Of a stretch of 25,644 bases of DNA, positions 7,955-15,497 are shown one piece after another. Each line of letters begins with the position of its first letter. Position 1 is the stretch's first letter. The stretch is from a virus. Taxonomy: Duplodnaviria > Caudoviricetes. The stretch lies in IMG/VR virus record IMGVR_UViG_3300025382_000042, positions 1-25,644 of that record; one strand, written 5' to 3'. The notes beneath the pieces are model-generated. The model saw only the letters and a list, made by a program, of their open reading frames with translations, ran no database searches and was not told the DNA's origin. The translations under genes were made by a program, and so were the position numbers.

Positions 7955-8142
7955 TTGCATCCTATCGTTCTTTTGTATAACGCTTTATGCCGACATGGTG
8001 TAAAGTTGTCACCCGAGACGCTTGCGCAGGCGATTTCGGCTTCAGGCGTCAGCGTCAGTTTGGCACAAGGCGAAAAGACGGCATCGCAACATTTGCAGCA
8101 ACATGATGTGTTGTCGAAGTCTGTTATGAGTGGGGATTCGTT

Positions 8143-9576
8143 TTGGCATCTTTGAACATCATTTCTTCCTCGCTCAACAGTTCGCTTCAAGACCTGTTGA
8201 TGGTCGATGAGATTGTCCCAGGTTCTGATGCCAGCTATCAAATCTGCAAGACGATTTACTCATACCACCCATTAGGCCGCAAGATGGTCGATGCGCCGAT
8301 TGTCATGGCGCAATCCCAACAGCGGCAGATCACTATCAAAAACGCCCCAGAGAACCGCGTGCGCGAAGCGTTTGAGCGGGAATGGGAAAGGATTAACGCC
8401 GATACCTACATTGCCCAATTGGCTGGTGTAGCGCGTATTTATGGCGTGGGATCGATTGTCGTGGGTGCCGAGGGCATTGCGCCCGAAAAGGAATTACCAG
8501 CGGACAAGATGGCTGACCTCGCCGTCTACTTCAACGTCCTTGATCCGCTGAACACGGCAGGGTCTTTGGTTCTAAATCAAGACCCAAATTCACCCGATTT
8601 CCAAAAATACACCGTCATCACGGCGGCTGGCGTGCCGTATCACCGCAGTCGGTCTGTGGTGCTGATGAACGAACGCCCGATATACATCGAATACACATCG
8701 TCAGCCTTTGGCTACGTTGGCCGGTCGGTGTATCAGCGTGCGCTATTCCCTTTGAAGTCGTTCGTCAACAGCATGGTTGCCGACGATATGGTGGCCACGA
8801 AGGTCGGCGTGATCGTCGCCAAGATCAAAGCGCCAGGATCGATCATTGACAACGCCATGCAGCGTCTGGCGGGCGTCAAGCGGGCATTGCTGCAGGAGGC
8901 CCGGACCAACAACGTGATGTCCATCGACATTGCCGAGGACATCAGCGCGATTGACCTGACCAACATTGACGGCGCGGGCACCTACTCCCGCACCAACATC
9001 CTCAAGAACATCGCCACCGCTGCCGACATGCCAGCAAAGATGCTGGAGAACGAAACTATGGTGTCTGGCTTTGGCGAGGGCACCGAGGATGCCAAAAATC
9101 TAGCACGATACATCGACAGCATCCGCCAGTGGATGCAACCGGCATATCGCTTCTTTGATGAAGTTGTCATGCGCCGTGCGTGGAACGAAGATTTCTACGA
9201 AATTATCCAGCGCGAATACCCGGAAGAATATAAAGACGTTAAATACAACGATGCGTTCTATCGTTGGAAAAACAGTTTTGAGGCTGAATGGCCGTCACTT
9301 CTGAGGGACCCGGATTCCGACTCCAAGGTCGAGGAGGTTCGTCAGCGTGCCATCATCTCCATGATGGAAATTCTCTTGCCAGAGATGGACCCGGACAACA
9401 AGGCGCGTGTAATTGAGTGGGCTGTGGCTAACGCTGGCGAGAACAGGCTGCTGTTCCCGCAACCTCTGCTGCTCGACTATGACGCATTGAAAGAATATGT
9501 CCCGCCAGACATGCACCCAGGGGATGAGCGGGAGCCAAAGCCCCATAAGCCATCCCTCATGCGGTTGGTGGATTGA
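8143..9576 (+). CDS. Portal protein (DUF1073-like)
   Basis: 477 aa, directly after TerL. ARIYGVG, GYVGRSVYQR and GFGEGTEDAKN motifs. TTG start with SD GGGGA. Confidence 0.88.
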   Translation: MASLNIISSSLNSSLQDLLMVDEIVPGSDASYQICKTIYSYHPLGRKMVDAPIVMAQSQQRQITIKNAPENRVREAFEREWERINADTYIAQLAGVARIYGVGSIVVGAEGIAPEKELPADKMADLAVYFNVLDPLNTAGSLVLNQDPNSPDFQKYTVITAAGVPYHRSRSVVLMNERPIYIEYTSSAFGYVGRSVYQRALFPLKSFVNSMVADDMVATKVGVIVAKIKAPGSIIDNAMQRLAGVKRALLQEARTNNVMSIDIAEDISAIDLTNIDGAGTYSRTNILKNIATAADMPAKMLENETMVSGFGEGTEDAKNLARYIDSIRQWMQPAYRFFDEVVMRRAWNEDFYEIIQREYPEEYKDVKYNDAFYRWKNSFEAEWPSLLRDPDSDSKVEEVRQRAIISMMEILLPEMDPDNKARVIEWAVANAGENRLLFPQPLLLDYDALKEYVPPDMHPGDEREPKPHKPSLMRLVD

Positions 9577-9690
9577 ACTCGTGTTGGGGTTGCTGACCCA
9601 GCACGATACTACCGGGTGTAGGATGTCCTCTCCCGTTCTTGCTCGGCAGGGCTGGGGAGGCGTTGTATTCGGCGTCTCCCACGTCCTGTC

Positions 9691-11466
9691 ATGAGCAAGC
9701 CCTTATCATTCTTTGAGGTGGTTACTGCCGCCGTCAAAGACATCAGTGAACATGGCTATGACAGCCAAGAGCGTGTCGATTATTGGATGCGTGAGATCGT
9801 CGTGGCAGCGCGACGTGACATGGTGTCTGAAACCACCCTAGAACTGGCGCTGTTTGGCCACCTACGCACACTTTACACGTCGATGGTGGAAAAGGGCACG
9901 ATCCTCAAGCGCCACCCTGGCGTGTCTAAATTCACCCTAGAGCGCATCAAGCCAAAGCTAAGGAATGAGTTAGACCGACGCATTATGACATCGGCACAAC
10001 TCATCAAGTTGAACCGCGAAACCGCAATCCAAAAAACCTTGCAGCGTTTCAGTGGTTGGGCCACTTCAATCCCGGCAGGCGGGTCTGAGGCCGTTGATAA
10101 GGTCGAGACAAAAAGCAAAATCCGCAAGTCTCTGACTGACTTGCCGTTTGAAGAACGGCGGGTTCTTATAGATCAAGGACATAAATTAGTTTCATCAATA
10201 AATGACATAATTGCTCACGACAATAATGCCATAGCGGCAGAGTGGCACAGCCATTGGAAAGAATTGAACTACAATTATCGAGACGACCACAAAGAGCGAG
10301 ACATGAAAGTCTACGCGATACGAGATAATTGGGCAATTCAAGCCGGATTGATGAAAAAGGGACCAGACGGCTACACCGACGAGATAACTCACCCCGGCGA
10401 GGAAGTTTATTGTTTTCCTGGAGATTCAAAAATTCCATTCGCTTATGGTGTAAAAAAAGCGTTCAGGCGTTGGTATAGCGGTCAGTTGACCGAGGTTATT
10501 TCGGCTTCTGGCAAATCTCTCCGAGGAACACCTAACCACCCAATTCTTACCACCAATGGCTGGATTGCTATTGGCGCTTTGAAGAAAGGCGACTACATTA
10601 TCGAGATTCCCGATGAGTTGTTCAACTCGGCGGAAAAAAATCAAAATGACACGATACCCACAATTTTGGAGATATTTACTGCGCTCCAAAAAAACGGGAT
10701 CACTCATACGACGCACCAAAGGCCCACAGACTTCCACGGCGATGGAGCCGAGGGCAATGTCGATATTGTATATACCACAGGGCCATTGTCCTTCGGGGTT
10801 GCATCCAAGTTCAACCAGTCGGTTGATAATGTCCTCCTCTCCATAACCGACAAACCTGTTGCGATGGGAGGCACGTTTGATTTTACTAGAAATTGTTTGT
10901 TTTTTTCCAATGATAGAAGCGTGCGCAGCACTTACTCTAATTTTCTTTTGCTCAGCACTCATTTGAGCCATGCTAATGACATTGGCTTCCGATCCGCCAC
11001 GAATGGCAATCTTGTTCTCAATCAATCTATTTCTCACAGCGCCTCGGGAAATGTTCAATCTTTTAGAGATCGACAATTCGCTTTCACCTCCAAGATAGGA
11101 AGTGCAAATAGCCTCGTCATCGAGCGCCAAACGACGACCATTGTTGATGATTTGCGGCCCTATATCAATGTTCAGGGCGTGGAGTCGCGCAAACAAGGAA
11201 CTGGTTTTCCAGCCGAGCATCTCGGCAATAACTGGCACAGACTTCCCTTCGGCGCGAAGGCGGTTGAAGTGATCGATGTCAAGGTCTCTAGCTTTGCGGG
11301 GCATGTTTACAACCTTCAGACGGTAGATGAATGGTATGTAGCACAAGGCGTGATCGCACACAACTGCCGGTGTTATTATCGTTACATATATAATTTGCGC
11401 GATCTGCCGCAAGAAATGTTGACAGTAAAAGGCGCAAATGAACTCAAAAGAGTGAGTATAAATTGA
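9691..11466 (+). CDS. MuF/gp7-like head morphogenesis protein containing an intein (precursor 591 aa, spliced 273 aa)
   Basis: Follows the portal gene. WHSH...YR-x2-H motif. After intein removal the MuF C-terminal motif HPGEEVY-CRC is restored. Confidence 0.9.
   Translation: MSKPLSFFEVVTAAVKDISEHGYDSQERVDYWMREIVVAARRDMVSETTLELALFGHLRTLYTSMVEKGTILKRHPGVSKFTLERIKPKLRNELDRRIMTSAQLIKLNRETAIQKTLQRFSGWATSIPAGGSEAVDKVETKSKIRKSLTDLPFEERRVLIDQGHKLVSSINDIIAHDNNAIAAEWHSHWKELNYNYRDDHKERDMKVYAIRDNWAIQAGLMKKGPDGYTDEITHPGEEVYCFPGDSKIPFAYGVKKAFRRWYSGQLTEVISASGKSLRGTPNHPILTTNGWIAIGALKKGDYIIEIPDELFNSAEKNQNDTIPTILEIFTALQKNGITHTTHQRPTDFHGDGAEGNVDIVYTTGPLSFGVASKFNQSVDNVLLSITDKPVAMGGTFDFTRNCLFFSNDRSVRSTYSNFLLLSTHLSHANDIGFRSATNGNLVLNQSISHSASGNVQSFRDRQFAFTSKIGSANSLVIERQTTTIVDDLRPYINVQGVESRKQGTGFPAEHLGNNWHRLPFGAKAVEVIDVKVSSFAGHVYNLQTVDEWYVAQGVIAHNCRCYYRYIYNLRDLPQEMLTVKGANELKRVSIN
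10411..11364 (+). mobile_element. Intein (318 aa)
   Basis: Block A CFPGDSKI, block B LRGTPNHPILT, GWIAIGALKKGD, block F GHVYNLQT, and block G IAHN followed by Cys+1. Confidence 0.95.
10426..11304 (-). CDS. Antisense intein-nested gene: tandem HTH plus Vsr/DUF559-like (PD-(D/E)xK) endonuclease, putative homing endonuclease (292 aa)
   Basis: Two HTH repeats (GKSVPVIAEMLGWKTSSLFARL; GESELSISKRLNISRGAVRNRL), a basic linker, and a nuclease core GEEDI...QWPCGIYNIDIA...IAVEVCG...ERSKYLQNCGYRVILI. SD-like GAAGGT before ATG 11304. Confidence 0.85.
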   Translation of the reverse strand: MPRKARDLDIDHFNRLRAEGKSVPVIAEMLGWKTSSLFARLHALNIDIGPQIINNGRRLALDDEAICTSYLGGESELSISKRLNISRGAVRNRLIENKIAIRGGSEANVISMAQMSAEQKKIRVSAAHASIIGKKQTISSKIKRASHRNRFVGYGEEDIINRLVELGCNPEGQWPCGIYNIDIALGSIAVEVCGPLVRRMSDPVFLERSKYLQNCGYRVILIFFRRVEQLIGNLDNVVAFLQSANSNPAIGGKNWVVRCSSERFARSRNNLGQLTAIPTPERFFYTISEWNF

Positions 11467-11846
11467 TGTCTGAAATAATACGCGCTGCTGGTGTTATGTT
11501 TCTGACGGATTCTGGCGACACATTGCTTTTGAAGCGTGCCATGACATCCGATGAAGGCGGGACCTGGGCTTTCCCTGGCGGGCACATTGAAGAAGGCGAG
11601 ACGGCCGAGGAAGCCGCAAAGCGCGAATGTGAGGAGGAGATCGGATTTTTGCCTGATGGAGACATGCGCTATTGGACGAGGCGCATTTCCAATGATGTCG
11701 ATTACATAACTTACTTGCAGCGGATCGACAAAAGGTTTATTCCTAACCTTAATGGCGAGCATACAGACTACGCCTGGATTCACGTATCTAAGGTTTTGCC
11801 CCATAATTCCATGGAACCCGAGCATGGCAAGGAAATTGTCAGGTGA
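11466..11846 (+). CDS. Nudix hydrolase
   Basis: Nudix box GGHIEEGETAEEAAKRECEEEIG, plus LNGEHTDYAW. TGATG overlap with the MuF stop. Confidence 0.95.
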   Translation: MSEIIRAAGVMFLTDSGDTLLLKRAMTSDEGGTWAFPGGHIEEGETAEEAAKRECEEEIGFLPDGDMRYWTRRISNDVDYITYLQRIDKRFIPNLNGEHTDYAWIHVSKVLPHNSMEPEHGKEIVR

Positions 11847-13516
11847 GTGAATATCACCCTGACGATCTGCATCCTGGGGTGAAGGTCTCAATCAATCGAT
11901 TGGGAATGGATGAACTCGGCGTGGCTAAAGCCATTCGTAACGGTGAATTAACAAGCCCACAAAAATACGAAAACATAACGCTATTTGCCATCCGAATTAC
12001 TGGCACAGGTAACGCTTACAGAACGAAACTAGATGAACACGTTTATCGAGACCCAAAACTCTACCTTAATAAGGAGTTCTTGGAACGATGCAACGGTCTG
12101 CCGGTGATTTGGGAACATCCCGATACTGGAAAATTAAATTCAAAAGAATTTGCTGATAGAATTATTGGCACGGTTTTGTTGCCTTACATCAAAGGCGATG
12201 AAGTCTGGGGAATTGCCAAAATATATGACGATTCCGCCGCCAAGATGATGGAATCAAAACAGCTTTCTACTTCGCCCGCCGTTGTTTTTCGTAACACTGA
12301 TGGCAATGTAAAGGCGGAGTTGAAGGACGGTTCTTCCCTTTTGGTCGAGGGAAAGCCGAGTTTGCTTGACCACATAGCCATCTGTGAAGAAGGCGTCTGG
12401 GACAAAGGTCGGGACCCGACCGGAGTCGAATTACCAACTACACCAACCTCTGAGGGTTCTGACATGCCAGAAATGGAAATGGAGAAGCGGCATGATGCCG
12501 CTGAGAACATCGACAAGCTGCTGAAGGGCGTTGATGCGCTCGTTGGTCGCCTCGATGCCATGGAAAAGCGTATGGATTCCATGATGAAGCATCGTGATGA
12601 CGATGATGATGATGACGATGATGATGACGACCGCAAGGACGCCAAGCATCGCAAGGACGACGACGATGACGATGATCGTCGCGCCCGCAAGGATTCCAAG
12701 AAGCGTCACCGCAAGGACGACGACGACGAAGGCGGCGAGTCTTTCAAGAAGTGGGCTGAAGAAGAAGCCAAAGAGAAAGAACACAAAGCCGACGACAACG
12801 ACGACGACGATGACGACGACGACGATGATCGTAAGGACGACGACGAGGATGAGCCTGAGATGGGCGAACCCAAGAAACTCGCCGCCGACAAGAAGCATCA
12901 TCGCAAGGATGATGACGATGATGACGACGACAAGCATCGCAAGGATGCTAAGAAGCATCATCGCAAGGACGACGATGACGAAGACGATGACGATGACGAC
13001 GACGACCGTCGCAGCGATTCGGTGAAGCGCATGAACAAAGCTACCATGGCTGAACTTCGCCGCCTGTCCGAAACCATTTCGCGTATGCCCAAGTCCATGA
13101 CGGATGCGGACTATGCCGCGATGGCTGACTATCAGGCGAAAGCTGACAGCGTTTACGGCGCTTTCGGTGAACGCGCTCCTGCGCCGCTGCAGGGCGAGTC
13201 CGCGACTGCGTATCGTATCCGCCTTGCCAAGGGGATGCAGAAGCACTCTGCGCCGTGGAAGGAAGTTTCCTTGCGCGACCTGCCGGGTAAGGCTCTGGCC
13301 ATTGCTGAGGCGCAGATTTACGCCGATGCGACTGCCGCTGCTCGCAGCCCGAATGACGTGCCGATGGGTTCTCTCCGTGCGATCCGTCGCAAGGATGCCG
13401 CTGACCGCGTCATGACTGAATTTGTTGGCGATCCGAGTGCTTGGATGGGCGAGTTCCGCACTGCTCCTCGCAGCATCACGAAGCCGTTCTTTCGCCCCCG
13501 CCAGATTGGAGGTTAA
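11843..13516 (+). CDS. DUF2213-like prohead protease/scaffold protein with a poly-Asp region
   Basis: GLPVIWEHP, LSTSPAV and LDHIAICEEGVWD motifs. Position before the capsid genes. Charged, low-complexity C-terminal half. Confidence 0.85.
   Translation: MSEYHPDDLHPGVKVSINRLGMDELGVAKAIRNGELTSPQKYENITLFAIRITGTGNAYRTKLDEHVYRDPKLYLNKEFLERCNGLPVIWEHPDTGKLNSKEFADRIIGTVLLPYIKGDEVWGIAKIYDDSAAKMMESKQLSTSPAVVFRNTDGNVKAELKDGSSLLVEGKPSLLDHIAICEEGVWDKGRDPTGVELPTTPTSEGSDMPEMEMEKRHDAAENIDKLLKGVDALVGRLDAMEKRMDSMMKHRDDDDDDDDDDDDRKDAKHRKDDDDDDDRRARKDSKKRHRKDDDDEGGESFKKWAEEEAKEKEHKADDNDDDDDDDDDDRKDDDEDEPEMGEPKKLAADKKHHRKDDDDDDDDKHRKDAKKHHRKDDDDEDDDDDDDDRRSDSVKRMNKATMAELRRLSETISRMPKSMTDADYAAMADYQAKADSVYGAFGERAPAPLQGESATAYRIRLAKGMQKHSAPWKEVSLRDLPGKALAIAEAQIYADATAAARSPNDVPMGSLRAIRRKDAADRVMTEFVGDPSAWMGEFRTAPRSITKPFFRPRQIGG
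12590..13010 (+). repeat. In-frame GAY-triplet / (H)RK-Dn low-complexity repeats
   Basis: About six Asp tracts of up to 12 residues. AAGAAGCATCATCGCAAGGA is duplicated at 12890 and 12950. Confidence 0.95.
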
Positions 13517-13522
13517 TAACCA

Positions 13523-14437
13523 ATGGCTAACTCGATTTCGGTAAATCCGATGCTGACGACCACCAATTACGGTGGTTTCAGCACCCAGTCTGTCGGCCTT
13601 GTTCAAGGCGTTGTGATGGACGACCCGGCAGTGCGTTTCGCGCTAACCGGTGGCCCGCTGGCTGCCACTGAAACCCTGCCGATGTGGGGTGGCGTTGGCA
13701 TCTATGCCACCGTCCCCGCTTACAGCGGCGCGGGCACTCCCGGCGGCGAACTTGGCCCGGTCATCAGCCGCGCCACGACCCAGACGGCTGGCGCTTCTGG
13801 CCAGTTGCTTGGGTTCAGCACCTTCAATCAGGCGACGGCGTGGATTTCCACCCCGCAGTCTCCGGTGCCGACCGCTTCTGCCAACATGAGCGTTCCTTAC
13901 TTCCCGTTGGGTTCGGGTGCGCGCATTGCGGTTGCTTGCGATCCGTCGCTTGCGGCCTCTCTCGTTGGCGGTTCGCTGGCGCAGGCAGTGTCGTGGGACT
14001 TCAACAACCAAGTCCTGCAGGCGTATGACGCTTCCACACCGTCATATTCTCTGACCAGCATCACATCCTCCTACTCGTCCACCACTGGCCTCTACACCTT
14101 CGTGGTGGTCGCGGCGGCGGCGACTCCGGTGGGTGCGGTTGGTGACTCCATTTACATCGGCGGCGTGACCAGCACTGGCGCGGCTTATGTGAACGGCACG
14201 CAGACCGTTTCGGCGTTCACCAACAACCAGAACTTCAGCTTCCAGGTTGCCGCACCGTCTGGTGCGATTGCCACTGGCGCGCTGTCTGGCACGTTGACGC
14301 TGACTTATGGCACTGCGGCCCTGCCGTGCAAAATCCTGCGCGTGCAGTCCGGCAACAGCAAAACGGTTGTTTACAACTCGGTTGCTGGCACTGCGAATTG
14401 GAACAATTCGGGCACCTGCGCCCTGATCCAGATTTAA
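13523..14437 (+). CDS. Head decoration/cement protein with an inserted beta-rich module
   Basis: Lies between the scaffold and capsid genes. SD GGAGG. Rich in Gly, Ala, Thr and Ser. PMWGGVGI and LGSGARI motifs. Confidence 0.75.
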   Translation: MANSISVNPMLTTTNYGGFSTQSVGLVQGVVMDDPAVRFALTGGPLAATETLPMWGGVGIYATVPAYSGAGTPGGELGPVISRATTQTAGASGQLLGFSTFNQATAWISTPQSPVPTASANMSVPYFPLGSGARIAVACDPSLAASLVGGSLAQAVSWDFNNQVLQAYDASTPSYSLTSITSSYSSTTGLYTFVVVAAAATPVGAVGDSIYIGGVTSTGAAYVNGTQTVSAFTNNQNFSFQVAAPSGAIATGALSGTLTLTYGTAALPCKILRVQSGNSKTVVYNSVAGTANWNNSGTCALIQI

Positions 14438-14451
14438 GGGGAGCCACATAA

Positions 14452-15474
14452 ATGGCGAATATCACTCCGTCGCGGGTAATGGTCAGCCCGCACTACATGG
14501 AACCGGCCAAGCTGTTGCAATACAATCAGGCGTCCGGCGCGTTTGATGCCCTGGCGGGTGGCAACCCGCTGGTGCGTCTGGGCGAAGGCGATCTGTATGT
14601 ATATATCGATGCGTTCGATATTCGCACTGTGATGTCGGCTGGCCAGAGCGAATATAATTCGCTCCCGTCCGTCACCGTCACGGCGCGTCAGATCAGCACG
14701 CCGACGTATCTGCAGCGCGTTCGCGCTGAATACGATCATCATGACACCGCTGCGATGTCGCAGTGGGGCGTGAGCATCGTTGAAGCGCAGCGCCTTGGTA
14801 TGCGCCAGGGTCACTTCCAGTTGATGCGCAGCGCGCTGCTGTATGGCTTCAACGGCGCGAACGGCGAGGGCCTGCTGAACGCTAGCGGTGCCACCACTGT
14901 CAGCTTGCCGCCGGACAGCAACGGCAACACGACTGTTGTCACCTATGACAACGGCCAGATGGCGTTCTTCCTGCTGTCGCAGATCAGCGCGATGAAGACC
15001 CGCACCATGCAGCTTGGCATTGGCCATCGCATCGTGGTGCTTGGTCCGCAGCGCGTGCTTGGCACCTGGGAATATCAGGACATCGTTCAGTTGACCCAGT
15101 TCCAGCGCGCTGGTGCTGGTTCGCTCTCGACCGCTGGCGTCGTTAAGGCGGTTGGCGAAATGAACGAGGACGAAATCCTGTGGTGCTATGACGACACGCT
15201 GATTGGCAAGGGTGCCGGTGGCACTGACGCCGTTCTGATCGTCATGCCGGAAGTTGAAAAGCCCAAGAACGGCCGCATCAACACGAACGTGTTTGCGGAA
15301 CTGGCTCCTGGCTTGGCAGCTTGCACCCTGCAGTATTGCGACATGGCCGCGCCGCGTGAAATCCCGACACCGCTTGCCGGTGGCGCGATTGACGTGCTGT
15401 CGGAACTGCGCATCACGTCCGGCTGGGGCGTGCGACCGGAAGCGATTGCCGTCCTGTCGATGCAGTATCAGTAA
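14452..15474 (+). CDS. Major capsid protein
   Basis: 340 aa, strong SD GGGGAG, strongly biased codons, LLYG...GEGLLN motif, and synteny. Confidence 0.85.
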   Translation: MANITPSRVMVSPHYMEPAKLLQYNQASGAFDALAGGNPLVRLGEGDLYVYIDAFDIRTVMSAGQSEYNSLPSVTVTARQISTPTYLQRVRAEYDHHDTAAMSQWGVSIVEAQRLGMRQGHFQLMRSALLYGFNGANGEGLLNASGATTVSLPPDSNGNTTVVTYDNGQMAFFLLSQISAMKTRTMQLGIGHRIVVLGPQRVLGTWEYQDIVQLTQFQRAGAGSLSTAGVVKAVGEMNEDEILWCYDDTLIGKGAGGTDAVLIVMPEVEKPKNGRINTNVFAELAPGLAACTLQYCDMAAPREIPTPLAGGAIDVLSELRITSGWGVRPEAIAVLSMQYQ

Positions 15475-15497
15475 CCGAAACTAGGAGAGGGGTTTCT

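Noticed and set aside
7955-8155. 66-aa ORF between terL and portal
   Set aside because: TTG start with doubtful support and no recognisable features. The region looks more like structured non-coding sequence, but a small CDS is not fully excluded.
8143-9576. Anti-defence role for the DUF1073-like protein
   Set aside because: Its size and position between TerL and MuF fit a portal, and no extra enzymatic domain is visible.
9497-9694. 65-aa ORF overlapping the portal end
   Set aside because: Overlaps the portal gene by 80 nt, has atypical composition, and the interval is dominated by hairpins.
10600-11250. In-frame LAGLIDADG or HNH endonuclease within the intein
   Set aside because: No such motifs are visible in the sense translation. 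The recognisable nuclease motifs are on the minus strand.
11305-11412. Longer start (11412) for the antisense nuclease gene
   Set aside because: The extension crosses the intein boundary and has no clear SD. ATG 11304 has an SD-like site and starts directly at the first HTH.
11382-11891. 169-aa antisense ORF over the Nudix gene
   Set aside because: No recognisable motif. It is explained as a shadow of the Nudix coding sequence.
12431-13606. 391-aa antisense ORF (also 12184..12699, 12594..13025, 12706..12891)
   Set aside because: These are shadows of GAC/GAT repeats giving poly-Val/Ile, poly-Ser or poly-Thr/Met with no domain signal, unlike the antisense ORF inside the intein.
14434-15027. 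Antisense ORFs over the capsid, decoration and sheath genes
   Set aside because: Expected from GC3-biased codon usage. No domain-like content.
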